This document shows, piece by piece, positions 51,000-62,719 of a stretch of 64,000 bases of DNA. Numbering within the stretch: position 1 is the stretch's first letter; each line of letters starts with the position of its first letter. Both the position numbers and the translations under genes were made by a program. A model generated the notes under the pieces. It saw nothing but the letters and a program-made list of their open reading frames with translations. It made no database searches and had not been told where the DNA came from. Source of the stretch: an uncultured Clostridia bacterium (lineage in GTDB: Bacteria > Bacillota > Clostridia > TANB77 > CAG-508); assembly GCA_947623595.1 (NCBI GenBank), contig CANQHC010000003.1, positions 4,013-68,012 on the forward strand, given 5' to 3'.

Positions 51000-52601
51000 A
51001 TGTCAAATATTAAAGGCTATGTTAGTTTTATTTTACATGCACACTTGCCTTTTATACATCACCCTGAAAGTGAAGATTATTTGGAAGAACAATGGTTATA
51101 TGAGGCTATCTCTGAAACCTATCTTCCACTTTTAATAAATTTTACTAAATTAGAGAAGGAACACGTTGACTTTCGTCTTACAATGTCAATGACTCCTCCT
51201 CTTTTAAATATGCTAGACAATAAATTATTACAAGAACGTTATATAAAATACTTAAATACACATATTGAACTTGCTGAAAAAGAAATTATTAGAACTAAAG
51301 ATAATCCTAAAGAAAATGGATTAGCAAAATACTATTTAGAACGTTATACTAATGATTTGCACCTATTTAAAGATGTATATAAATGTAATCTAATAGAAGG
51401 TTTTAAGCACTTTCAAGACATTGGCGTTTTAGAAATTATTACATGTGGTGCAACACATGGTTATTTTCCAATTCTATATGTAAATGAAAAAGTTGTAAGA
51501 GCTCAAATAGCTATTGGTGTTCAAACTTATGAAAAATATTTTGGAAGAAAACCTCGTGGTATTTGGCTACCAGAATGTGGTTATATTCCAGAATCTGATA
51601 AATATCTAAAAGAATTCGGAATTGAATATATTATTACAGAGTCACATGGAATTTTATATGCAGACCCTACCCCTATTTATGGAACCTTCGCTCCTATAGT
51701 CTCTCCAAATGGAATAGTTGCTTTTGGGCGTGATATAGAATCTTCAAGGCAAGTATGGAGCTCAATAAATGGATATCCTGGCGATTTCAATTATAGAGAA
51801 TTTTATCGTGATATTGGTTATGATGCCCCATATGATTATATTAAACCATACATTGCTTCTAATGGTGCAAGAGTTCATACTGGTATAAAGTATTATCGTA
51901 TTACAGGAAAAGATTGTGAAAAAGATTATTATGATTTGCAATGGGCTCAAGACTCAGTTGAAAAACAGGCTGGTCACTTTTTTGATAGTAGAGTAAGTCA
52001 AATAAATCATTTAGCTCCTTTAACTTCAAACCCTCCATTAATCGTATGTCCTTATGATGCTGAATTATATGGTCATTGGTGGTATGAAGGGCCAAATTGG
52101 TTATATATTTTATTTAAAAAGATATATTATGATAAAGGAAATTTCAAATTAATTACCCCTAGTGAATATATTGATAAGTATCCTTTGATGCAAATCTCTA
52201 CTCCTTGTCGTTCTAGTTGGGGTGCAAATGGTTATAGCGAAGTATGGCTTAATTTCACAAATGATTATGCACATAAACATTTACATCTTATTGGTGATCG
52301 AATGGTAGAATTAGCTGAAAAATTTTACAATGAAACTGATAAAATTAAAATAAGGGCATTAAACCAATGTGCTAGAGAATTAGTTTTAGCTCAAAGTAGT
52401 GACTGGTTATTCATTATTACAAATGGTACAATGGTAGATTATGCTAAAAAACGTATAAAAGAACATGTTGGCAGATTTAATAAACTCTACGAAAACTTAA
52501 TAAATGATACTATTACCACTAAAGAACATATAGCTTTTTTGAAAGATTTAGAAGAAAAAGATTGTATCTTTCCTGAAATAGACTATAAAATTTATAATTA
52601 A
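51000..52601 (+). CDS. GH57 1,4-alpha-glucan branching enzyme (DUF1957)
   Basis: LHAHLP, GIWLPEC, YDAELYGHWWYEG, LAQSSDW. Confidence 0.93.
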   Translation: MSNIKGYVSFILHAHLPFIHHPESEDYLEEQWLYEAISETYLPLLINFTKLEKEHVDFRLTMSMTPPLLNMLDNKLLQERYIKYLNTHIELAEKEIIRTKDNPKENGLAKYYLERYTNDLHLFKDVYKCNLIEGFKHFQDIGVLEIITCGATHGYFPILYVNEKVVRAQIAIGVQTYEKYFGRKPRGIWLPECGYIPESDKYLKEFGIEYIITESHGILYADPTPIYGTFAPIVSPNGIVAFGRDIESSRQVWSSINGYPGDFNYREFYRDIGYDAPYDYIKPYIASNGARVHTGIKYYRITGKDCEKDYYDLQWAQDSVEKQAGHFFDSRVSQINHLAPLTSNPPLIVCPYDAELYGHWWYEGPNWLYILFKKIYYDKGNFKLITPSEYIDKYPLMQISTPCRSSWGANGYSEVWLNFTNDYAHKHLHLIGDRMVELAEKFYNETDKIKIRALNQCARELVLAQSSDWLFIITNGTMVDYAKKRIKEHVGRFNKLYENLINDTITTKEHIAFLKDLEEKDCIFPEIDYKIYN

Positions 52602-52692
52602 TATTTAAAACTAAAAAATATAATAAGCTCTTATATTACATAGTATTTCACTACTTTGTAATAAGAATTTATTATATTTTTTTGCAAAATTT

Positions 52693-53670
52693 TTATTTTC
52701 TATTATTTAAGTTTTCATTATTCTCTCTTTCTTCATTATATCTATCAATAAAATAAAGTGGTCTATGTTTTCCTTCATTAAAAGCTCGTCCTAAATATTC
52801 TCCTATAACACCTAAGAAAATAAGTTGAATACCTCCTAAAAATAAAATAACTACCATAGTTGATGCATATCCTGGAACATCAATTCCAGTTATAATAGTT
52901 TTTATAATAATATATAGCATATATATAAATCCTACTACAGAAACTAAAATTCCAATAAGAGCTGCCCATCTTAAAGGCGTTGTTGTAAATGAAGTAATTC
53001 CATCAATTGACAAATTAATTAATTTGCCATAGTTCCATTTAGTTTGTCCTGCTGCTCTTGGATCTCTGTCATATAAGAGTTCCTTTTTATTATATCCAAT
53101 CCAGCTAAATAATCCTTTAGTATATCTTTGTGATTCTCTTATAGATTTTAAAGCTTCTACACACCTTCTATCCAAAAGTCTAAAATCACCTGTATCTTTT
53201 TGAATTTCTATTCTAGTAAATGCCTGCAATACTTTATAATACATTTTGGAAGTGAATTTTTTTAGCCATGTTTCCCCTTCCCTAGTTTTTCTTTTTGCAT
53301 ATATATCGTCATATCCTTCTTCCCAATATTTAATCATTTCTGGTATAAGCTCTGGTGGATCTTGTAGATCTGCATCAATAATAACAACTGCATCGCCCTT
53401 ACTATAGTCTAGCCCTGCTATCATTGCAGTTTCCTTTCCAAAATTTCTAGATAAGTTCAAATAACAAAATCTTTTATCTTTTTGTCTCAATTCCTGCATA
53501 ATCTGTAATGTTTTATCTTTGCTCCCATCATTTACTAGTAATACTTCGAAATCATATTTAGGATTATTATCCATTAATGTTTTTAATCTATCATATAATA
53601 AGTGCAATACCTCTTCTTCATTATAAGCTGGAACCAATATTGTAACTAATTTTTTCTTTTCTTCTTCCAT
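52693..53670 (-). CDS. GT2 undecaprenyl-phosphate glycosyltransferase (GtrB/CsbB-like)
   Basis: VPAYNEE, SRNFGKE, DADLQDPPE, GDFRL, two C-terminal TM, GEYLGR. Confidence 0.92.
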   Translation of the reverse strand: MEEEKKKLVTILVPAYNEEEVLHLLYDRLKTLMDNNPKYDFEVLLVNDGSKDKTLQIMQELRQKDKRFCYLNLSRNFGKETAMIAGLDYSKGDAVVIIDADLQDPPELIPEMIKYWEEGYDDIYAKRKTREGETWLKKFTSKMYYKVLQAFTRIEIQKDTGDFRLLDRRCVEALKSIRESQRYTKGLFSWIGYNKKELLYDRDPRAAGQTKWNYGKLINLSIDGITSFTTTPLRWAALIGILVSVVGFIYMLYIIIKTIITGIDVPGYASTMVVILFLGGIQLIFLGVIGEYLGRAFNEGKHRPLYFIDRYNEERENNENLNNRK

Positions 53671-53808
53671 AAAATTCTTATTCCTTATCTTACGATATTT
53701 AGGTTTTTATTAAGGTTTTACCCATAAACCTCACGCGAAATATATTTATACTCGCAGATATTTTATCATATTTTTATCTTTTCGTAAATAGCATACTTTT
53801 TTGGTAAG

Positions 53809-54666
53809 TTAATGAATAATCTTCGCATCATTTAATAATCTATATGTCTTGCAAATATTGCACTCTTTGCAGATAGAAACTTTGTCTCCAAAAATTAGTT
53901 TTAATGTGTTAATAAATTCGTCTTCGCCATTAATTAAATGTATCTCTATTTTTTTTGGTAATAAAGTTAACAAAGTATTTAACGCAAAATCATTTGAAGA
54001 AAAAGATATATCTGATAAATATTTTGCATTATATATATTATCAGATACAGACACTACATTTTTTTCATCATTTAATAATATAGATTCTCCATTATTATAA
54101 ATTAAATGCAATGTCTCATACTCTGGCTGTCTTGATTCTACATAAATTCGAAGTAAATTAATAAATTCTGTATACTCTTTTTCTATTACAAATTGATTTA
54201 CTCCATCATCAACTATATGGTCAAGACAATTAAAATAATCTCGTAGTCGAAAATATATAAAACCATCCAACACTATTGTTTTGTGTTCTATAATATAAAG
54301 CATTACTTGCTTTTTTATATATTCTTGTTCCAAAACTATTTTTTTATATTCATCTTTATCTTTTGTTTGTATACAAATTTCTAAAATCTTTGATTTTTCA
54401 TATTCATCGAAGTAAAAATAATTATAGCTAATTAACTGTTTCATTATTTTTTCTTCATAAAATTCTATAATAACTTCTTCAATTAATTCACTTAAAAATT
54501 CATAAAATTTAGTATTATTCTTTCCCAAATAGTGAATTATAATATTATCATATATTTTAAAATATTTTTGAGAGTAGCTTAAATTTTCAAAATCCAATTC
54601 TTGAATTTTTTTTAGTAGATAATTTAATATATCTGTATTATTTACTTTTATGCCAACTGATTTCAT
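53809..54666 (-). CDS. ytxC: Putative sporulation protein YtxC
   Basis: LDGFIYFRL, EKEYTEFINLLR, LLTLLPKKI, TLKLIF. Confidence 0.85.
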   Translation of the reverse strand: MKSVGIKVNNTDILNYLLKKIQELDFENLSYSQKYFKIYDNIIIHYLGKNNTKFYEFLSELIEEVIIEFYEEKIMKQLISYNYFYFDEYEKSKILEICIQTKDKDEYKKIVLEQEYIKKQVMLYIIEHKTIVLDGFIYFRLRDYFNCLDHIVDDGVNQFVIEKEYTEFINLLRIYVESRQPEYETLHLIYNNGESILLNDEKNVVSVSDNIYNAKYLSDISFSSNDFALNTLLTLLPKKIEIHLINGEDEFINTLKLIFGDKVSICKECNICKTYRLLNDAKIIH

Positions 54667-54776
54667 TTATTTTTAAGTCTCCTTTCTTTTGATATTATCT
54701 ACTAAAAGTTATTAGATATACATATTTTATTCTAGATGGAATGAAATGGTAACATGTTTATTAGAAATAACAGTCT

Positions 54777-55118
54777 TTAAATAGAATTCAGTCCATCTTT
54801 CAAATTATATACTTTTTCATAGCCTAAATCTTCTAATATTTCTTGTGCCTGCATACTTCTACCTCCAGAAGCACAATAAACAATAATTAGTTTTTGTTTA
54901 TCAGGAATCATTTCTAAAATTGTTTTTCTTAAACTATATAAAGGAATGCAAATTGCACCAATTAAATGTTCTTCCTCATATTCCTGATAACTTCTAACAT
55001 CTATTAGGATTGCATTTTTTTGTTTTACCATGCTCTGCAAAGTTTTATAATTTATGTTTTTACTACTTATGCTTCTGTAAAAAATTTTTTTCATTATTTT
55101 CTTTAGCATATTTTTCAC
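54777..55118 (-). CDS. Rhodanese-like protein
   Basis: IDVR, HLIGA, YCASGGRS, LKDG. Confidence 0.9.
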   Translation of the reverse strand: MKNMLKKIMKKIFYRSISSKNINYKTLQSMVKQKNAILIDVRSYQEYEEEHLIGAICIPLYSLRKTILEMIPDKQKLIIVYCASGGRSMQAQEILEDLGYEKVYNLKDGLNSI

Positions 55119-55213
55119 TTTCTTTCTACTTATTCTATCTTTCTTATTTATAAATGAAAGTTGCCGAAAAGCTAATTAATTTTAGTTTGTTCTCAACTTT
55201 ATTTGCTTTACAA

Positions 55214-55258
55214 AAAACGACAATGTTCATACTATATTGTATGAATATTGTCGCTTTT
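55214..55258. terminator. Terminator after secF-like gene
   Basis: cgacaatgttcatac...gtatgaatattgtcg flanked by A/T tracts. Confidence 0.7.
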
Positions 55259-55280
55259 TCGTTTCTTTATTTTTTACTTT

Positions 55281-55940
55281 TTATTTTTTATCCTTTTGCT
55301 CTTGATATTGGTAATACTTTTTCTCTTGAATAGCTGTTACAATAGTTGCAGTAATTACATAAATTAATAATCCTATTGGTACTACTAAACGATTAACAGG
55401 AATTCTTGCAATTGCAATTATACTTAAATATAATGCTTCAACCGCCAATATAGAAACTATATAAGAGGTTAACGTTCTCAAAATTCCAATATTTCTATAA
55501 CGAATCATAACATATGCTAAAATAATAATTCCACTAATTGCTAAAGATACTATATATGGCATTAAAATAGTATGTAATCTCATTTTAGGTTGATGTGTTA
55601 CTGTTATTTCATCTGCTTTATTTTCAACTCCATATTTTTCATTTATTTTAGTATTTAATTGTTCTAATTTTTCATCTATATTTTCAGCATTTTCTTCTTT
55701 TATAGTAACAGATGCCATATCTCCATAATATTCTACTTTTTGTACAATTGTTCTTCCATTTCCAAATACTTCTTGAACAATTTGTTTTATATCTTCATTT
55801 TCAAATGTTTTTCCAATATAAATGTCTAATCTAACGTTTTTACTATAGGTAATATCTGCTTCTAAACCCATAACGCCAATCATAACTGCTCCAGCAATTA
55901 TAATTAAAATCATAATTCCATAAATAATTTTTTTCTTCAT
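55281..55940 (-). CDS. Degenerate SecF-like membrane protein
   Basis: GLEADITY after TM1, YVMIRY; follows secD-like gene; C-terminal TMs missing. Confidence 0.65.
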   Translation of the reverse strand: MKKKIIYGIMILIIIAGAVMIGVMGLEADITYSKNVRLDIYIGKTFENEDIKQIVQEVFGNGRTIVQKVEYYGDMASVTIKEENAENIDEKLEQLNTKINEKYGVENKADEITVTHQPKMRLHTILMPYIVSLAISGIIILAYVMIRYRNIGILRTLTSYIVSILAVEALYLSIIAIARIPVNRLVVPIGLLIYVITATIVTAIQEKKYYQYQEQKDKK

Positions 55941-55986
55941 TTTTTAGTTCTTTCCTTTCCCAAGTTATTCGTTTTACAAGCTACTA

Positions 55987-57348
55987 CTATTTATTTTTAG
56001 TAGATGCTACAATTAACGTTCTTGTAATAATAAGGTTATATAATATACTAATAAATATTCCCCAGAATATTACCATACCAAAACTTGAAGCTGGTAGCCA
56101 TTTTGTGAAACATAAGGTAACAGAAATAATCGCTACTGGAACTAAAATAAATAATGTTTTTAATAATGCTTTTTTAAATCCATTTGATGTTTCTTCAATT
56201 GTTTTCATTTTCTCATTTTTTAGTAAATGCAATAAGTATACTATAAAAATATAATTTAATATAATTGCAATTAAAATTCCTATTATTCCTTCTAATGTGA
56301 TAATAACATTTGTGTAACGTAATGCTATTAGATAGAATGCAATATATCCAATAAATGAAATAGCACTTAATAGTCCATTTTTTCTATAACGTAACACTAA
56401 GAATATAACTCCAATTGCAACTAAACTTAAACATATTATCATTGGAATAAATAGCATATCCTCTGTTATATCTGATACAACATAACGGTTTTCGTTCATA
56501 TTGTAAGTTACTGGTAAAGCTTTGCTACTTAGTATTACAGCTAGCCTTGATGCTTCTTGAATGTACTCTGTAAGATCTTCGCTTGAAGTAGTTGCTTGTC
56601 CTATAGATAATTGAAGAATACCATTTGAAATTTCTTCACTAAAATGACTTGTAATTAATGTGGTATCATCTATTTTAAATGATACATCTTTGCTTTGCTC
56701 TTTTCCCTCTTCATCAGTAGTTGCAACATAAGTATTGGTTATATTTTTTAAAATTTCAGTTCCTTCTTCGTTAAATGAAATTGTCAAATAAATATTAGTT
56801 CCTGTTGCTGTTGTAGAATATCCCCACTGTGCATTTTTTATATGTTCGTGTTTCAACAATACATTTTCTTCATTTTCACTATCAACTATTTTAAATTCAC
56901 CTTTTATCATAATGTATTGAAGTATTTCATCAGTATTAGAACCTTCTGGTATTTGTAATATCATTTTTCCTGTTTTTTCATCAAAGCGAAGAGTATAATC
57001 TGTAACTCCCATTTTAGATAATCTTTCTTTTATAATCTCTTCAGATTTTCTGTAATTTTCTTCCGTCAATAATTCAGGAGCATTAACAGCAACTTCTTCT
57101 TTAGTTGTATCATCTCCTTCTTCATTTACAATATTTCCATCTTTGTCACGAAAAATAGTATTAGTATCTGTACTAACTTCAAGTAAAATAACTCTTCCAC
57201 CTGTCAAATCCATTCCTAATTGATAATTTGGTATTTTATTTTCTACAAATTTTGTCCTTTGAATATAGATTCCTCCAAAAGAAATAAGAGAAATTAAAAT
57301 AATTAATAAAATAATTAATATGATTTTTAACTTTTGTTCTACTTTCAC
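55987..57348 (-). CDS. SecD-like membrane protein
   Basis: LGMDLTGG, IIKERL, large extracytoplasmic domain, ALPV, ITLEGIIG. Confidence 0.75.
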   Translation of the reverse strand: MKVEQKLKIILIILLIILISLISFGGIYIQRTKFVENKIPNYQLGMDLTGGRVILLEVSTDTNTIFRDKDGNIVNEEGDDTTKEEVAVNAPELLTEENYRKSEEIIKERLSKMGVTDYTLRFDEKTGKMILQIPEGSNTDEILQYIMIKGEFKIVDSENEENVLLKHEHIKNAQWGYSTTATGTNIYLTISFNEEGTEILKNITNTYVATTDEEGKEQSKDVSFKIDDTTLITSHFSEEISNGILQLSIGQATTSSEDLTEYIQEASRLAVILSSKALPVTYNMNENRYVVSDITEDMLFIPMIICLSLVAIGVIFLVLRYRKNGLLSAISFIGYIAFYLIALRYTNVIITLEGIIGILIAIILNYIFIVYLLHLLKNEKMKTIEETSNGFKKALLKTLFILVPVAIISVTLCFTKWLPASSFGMVIFWGIFISILYNLIITRTLIVASTKNK

Positions 57349-57366
57349 CTTTGTTTCCTCCTTTTA

Positions 57367-58032
57367 TTACAATAATTTGGTGTCATTTATAATTAATTCA
57401 AACCATATTCCTAAATATTTCGCTGCATATTTGCTCATCATCGTTCTGTCCATAAATATTTCAAAATAATCTAACACTGGTGATATTTGTGTATCTATAG
57501 TTAAATTTAATATTACTTTTCTTTGTTCTTTATCTAATTTAAAATCCGCTTTAGTCACTGCATAATTTACTTTATCATGTTTATCAAATGTTGACATATT
57601 GTGGTTTACTACTCTGTCACGGTGTACATCTGATTTATCAGCTAAAATTAGGGCTGCAGAAATATCACTCACTGCTGTTCCTGTTTGTTCATCATGATTT
57701 CCAATTGCCATCATTATTTCTGTTCTTTTTTGTGCATCCATTCCCATATCTTTCAAAATTTCATATGCCAAAATTGCACCTGTATGAGCATGATCAACTC
57801 TATTGACACAATTTCCTATATCATGCATATATCCTGCAATTTTAGCTAATTCTATTCTCTCTTCTGGATAATCCAATGTTTTTAAAACTTCTCCAGCTCT
57901 ATTTGAAACAATTGTAATATGCCTAGTAGAATGTTCCGTATACCCCAAAGCATTCAATTGCTTTTGCGAACTTAATATTAATTGTTTCAATTCTTCATTT
58001 TGTTTTACTTCTTCTAATGTAATCAAACTCAT
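57367..58032 (-). CDS. HD-domain phosphohydrolase
   Basis: GYTEH, MHDIGN, GNHDE, LADKSDV. Confidence 0.9.
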   Translation of the reverse strand: MSLITLEEVKQNEELKQLILSSQKQLNALGYTEHSTRHITIVSNRAGEVLKTLDYPEERIELAKIAGYMHDIGNCVNRVDHAHTGAILAYEILKDMGMDAQKRTEIMMAIGNHDEQTGTAVSDISAALILADKSDVHRDRVVNHNMSTFDKHDKVNYAVTKADFKLDKEQRKVILNLTIDTQISPVLDYFEIFMDRTMMSKYAAKYLGIWFELIINDTKLL

Positions 58033-58166
58033 TCCTCCTAAAGTAGTTTAATTCATTTTATTGATATAAAAATTTACACTTCTAAATTTTATATTAAATC
58101 AAAAAAAATAGCAACTATTTTCAACAAAATTGTTGCCATTTTTTTAATATGTTATTCTTATTTTAA

Positions 58167-58590
58167 TTATTTTCTATTTATATTTACACCCATAATGCCT
58201 CCTATCATTCCAGTTAATATTCCGAGTAATTAACATACCACAAAATCCTAAATTAAATGAAAAACCTACTAAGCATACACTAGATGCTAAATACAATATT
58301 ACAATATAACTTAATCCTACAATTCCACCATTTATAATTCCATTTTTTTTAATGTTTTTTGTACTTATCGTACTTCCTAATAAGATACTTATTCCAGTAA
58401 TAATGACTACTATTGGTACAATTGTACTTTCTGAAATTTCTGTATATACTAATAACATAGCATATATAGTTAAAAAAATAAGTGAAAATATAATAGAAAA
58501 AACACATCCCTTAAAAATTTGAATAAAATTCTTTTTTATTTCACTTTCCTCTGTGGCTATATTGGGCTTAATCACATTTTCTTTTTCCAT
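58167..58590 (-). CDS. TIGR04086/YrzE-family membrane protein, requiring a +1 shift at CGG 58224-58222 (140 aa)
   Basis: KKNGIINGGIVG; shifted frame gives the family-typical last helix GILTGMIGGIMGVN. Confidence 0.82.
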
Positions 58591-58736
58591 TTTTAATACA
58601 TAATACTAAAACAAATAGTTTTAATATTATACCTCTCCTTTCAAATTTCTTTTTAAATTTTATTCATTATTACTTATTTTAAGAACCTATAAAAAAAAAT
58701 TCTAAAAAAATAGCCACATATAATATTTTTTACAAA

Positions 58737-58772
58737 AAACAATGTCCCAAAGCATTGTTTGAGACATTGTTT
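58737..58772. terminator. Terminator after WG-repeat gene
   Basis: aaacaatgtc...gacattgttt. Confidence 0.65.
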
Positions 58773-58808
58773 ATCATAATACTAAAATCAAAAATTTCGA
58801 AACTTTAA

Positions 58809-60452
58809 TTAATTATTATTTTTTATTATATTGCTAATATCTTCATCTATTTGCATATTATTTTGTTGCTGTTCTGAATTTTCTTGTTGTTCTGGAGCTG
58901 TTGATTGTCCCGGATTTTCATTTGGTTGTTGTACATCTTCACCTTGTGCCTGCCCTTCTGGTACCTGTGCAGAATTATTATTTATATTTTGATCTTCTTG
59001 ATTACTAATTTGATTATCTGCTGGTATATCATTGCTAGTTTGAGTATTATTTAATGTATTTGCTTGATTACCATCTACTACTTCATTGCTTACTTCATTA
59101 TTTTGATTTGGATTGTTGTTATTTGTATTACTTATAGAAGCATCAACTGTAGTAACTATATTCATAATTTGACCATTGAAAATCATATAATAAGTACTTT
59201 CACCAGCTGTTGTTATTGAATATACTGATGTCAATGAAGTTTGCACTAGCTCATTTCCTTCGCTTGTTATGATTCCATAATAATTTCCAACTTTTACAAC
59301 AATTCCTTCATATTTTGGAATAAGTAATACATTGTTTGCATTTCCATTTCCACCAACTTTATTTCCTGCACTACAACCTAAATCATCATAAACTAGATCT
59401 GCTACTTGTTTACCATTTTTGTCAAAAACTCCCCACTTATTACCTCTTTTTACAGGAATACATTTTCCATACAAAAGATATGGATTTTGCACTTCTTTGT
59501 ATACAGAACTATCAACTCCTATTTGATCATAGTCTAAATAAATTATAATACTTCCTTTTGAATTTACAACACCTTGTTTTCCATTATTTGTTACTAAATA
59601 TAAGCCTGTATCTTTGTCAATCTGTTTAATATTATCATAATCAGGACTAATTATTGTCTTAGAATCATGTGCCATTATTCCCATTTTATTTTCCAAAGTT
59701 GTCACAATAAATTCTTGTGTACTTTCAATAAATTTAATTTTAGAATATTTTGTTCCTAATATTTCATTTCCTTTTAAATCACTTACTCCATAATTATTTT
59801 CTGCATTTTTTACAATAATCATGTTATATAATAATGCTTTTTGATTACTAAATAAAACATCTTTTTCAGAAATTGCAGAATTTTTAATACGTGCTGAATA
59901 ATATGTTACAAGGTACTTTAATGTACGAATTGAAATTTTTTTCTTTGGTGCATCATATGTCATTAAAATATTAAAAGCTTTTTGTGCACCTTCAATCGTA
60001 GTACATAATTGATTATTAATTAATGTAACTGGTTCATCCAATTCATAATATTCATAATCATTGCTACCATCTAAAACAACTTTATACATTTTATTTGAAT
60101 TTAAAGTGAATGTTGCAACCTCATTTTCACTTTTTACATAGCATTGGTCTGTATTTTCTGAGTATTCCTTATAATCACCATTAGCAGACTCATAACCAAC
60201 ATAACTTGCAAAAGCACGAATTGGAACATATACTTTTTCATCTTCAATAATAAGAACATCTTTTAATTTCTTTTTTGCTTCCCCATCAATATCAATTTTT
60301 AATTGTGTTGATTGTACATAGAACATAATTCCAATTAAAGCAATACTAATAACAAATAATACAACTAAAACAATTGCTATTATTTTCATCATCTTTTTAG
60401 TTTTTACTTGTTCTTCTGTTTGATTATAATTTCCCCCTATTAAATCATCCAT
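58809..60452 (-). CDS. Membrane-anchored WG-repeat protein with N/Q-rich tail
   Basis: N-terminal TM, VYVPIRAFA, repeats YGV.D.KG / WGVFDKNG. Confidence 0.7.
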   Translation of the reverse strand: MDDLIGGNYNQTEEQVKTKKMMKIIAIVLVVLFVISIALIGIMFYVQSTQLKIDIDGEAKKKLKDVLIIEDEKVYVPIRAFASYVGYESANGDYKEYSENTDQCYVKSENEVATFTLNSNKMYKVVLDGSNDYEYYELDEPVTLINNQLCTTIEGAQKAFNILMTYDAPKKKISIRTLKYLVTYYSARIKNSAISEKDVLFSNQKALLYNMIIVKNAENNYGVSDLKGNEILGTKYSKIKFIESTQEFIVTTLENKMGIMAHDSKTIISPDYDNIKQIDKDTGLYLVTNNGKQGVVNSKGSIIIYLDYDQIGVDSSVYKEVQNPYLLYGKCIPVKRGNKWGVFDKNGKQVADLVYDDLGCSAGNKVGGNGNANNVLLIPKYEGIVVKVGNYYGIITSEGNELVQTSLTSVYSITTAGESTYYMIFNGQIMNIVTTVDASISNTNNNNPNQNNEVSNEVVDGNQANTLNNTQTSNDIPADNQISNQEDQNINNNSAQVPEGQAQGEDVQQPNENPGQSTAPEQQENSEQQQNNMQIDEDISNIIKNNN

Positions 60453-60480
60453 ATGTTACTCCTCCTACTTCTTTAGTAAA

Positions 60481-61608
<1,128 letters not shown>

Positions 61609-61630
61609 TTATTTCTCCTCATATAATATT

Positions 61631-62690
61631 TTAGTGAATAAACATTGCATCTCCAAAGCTAAAAAAGCGATATTTTTGTCTTACAGCTTCTTCATATGCA
61701 TTCATAATAAATTCTTTTCCTGCCAATGCAGATACCAACATAATTAGAGTAGATTCTGGTAAATGGAAATTTGTAATAAGTGCATCTAAACATCTAAATT
61801 TATATCCTGGATAAATGAAAATACTTGTATCACTTTCTACTTCTTTTACAAAACCATTTTCATCTGCTACAGACTCTAAAACCCTGCATGAAGTTGTACC
61901 AACTGCAATTATTCTATGACCTTCTCTTTTTGCTTTATTTATTTTATCTGCATCTTCCTTTTTTATATAAAAATGTTCAGAATGCATGTCATGTTCTTCA
62001 ATATTTTCTACCTTAACTGGTCTAAAAGTTCCGAATTCCAACATGTAGTGTTACATTTGCTATTCCTACTCCTTTTTCTTGTATCTTCTGAAACAAATCA
62101 TTTGTAAAATGCAACCCAGCAGTTGGTGCAGCTGCCGAACCATCATATTTAGCATAAACAGTTTGATAACGATCTTTTTCTTTTAATTTTTCATGTATAT
62201 ATGGTGGTAATGGCATTAGTCCTATTTCATTTAATATCTCATTAAAAATTCCATCATACTCAAATCTTACTTTTCGATTCCCTGATTCCAGTTTTTCCAA
62301 TATTTCTGCTTTTAAAAGTATTCTTGCTTTGTCAGTTTGCTTTTCATTTACATTCTCTCCAAAAATAACTTTTGTTCCTGGCATCAATTTTTTACCAGGC
62401 CTTACCATAACTTCCCAAATATCTCCTTCTATTCTTTTTAGTAATAAAAATTCTACATTTGCACCAGTTTCTTCTTTTATTCCATATAGTCTTGCTGGTA
62501 TTACTTTGGTATTATTTCTAACTAAGCAATCCCCAGGTTTCAAATATTCTATTATATCTTTAAAAGTTTTATGTTCTATTGTTTGATTTGTTTTATCCAA
62601 TATCATTAACCTAGATTCATCTCTATTTTTTATAGGTGTTTGAGCTATCAATTCTTTTGGTAACTCATAGTTAAATTCTGCTACTTTCAT
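61631..62690 (-). CDS. queA: SAM:tRNA ribosyltransferase-isomerase, requiring a +1 shift at CGG 62033-62031 (~352 aa)
   Basis: [33 protein letters not shown] junction, [20 protein letters not shown]. Confidence 0.93.
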
Positions 62691-62719
62691 TGCTGTTTTT
62701 CTCCTTTTATTGTTTGATA

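Noticed and set aside
1593-52340. AGG as a second shift-prone codon
   Set aside because: In-frame AGG occurs in intact frames at expected Arg positions (tyrS ELRDL, TarL-like GFPRTD, rlmD KRCGG, GH57 SSRQVW)
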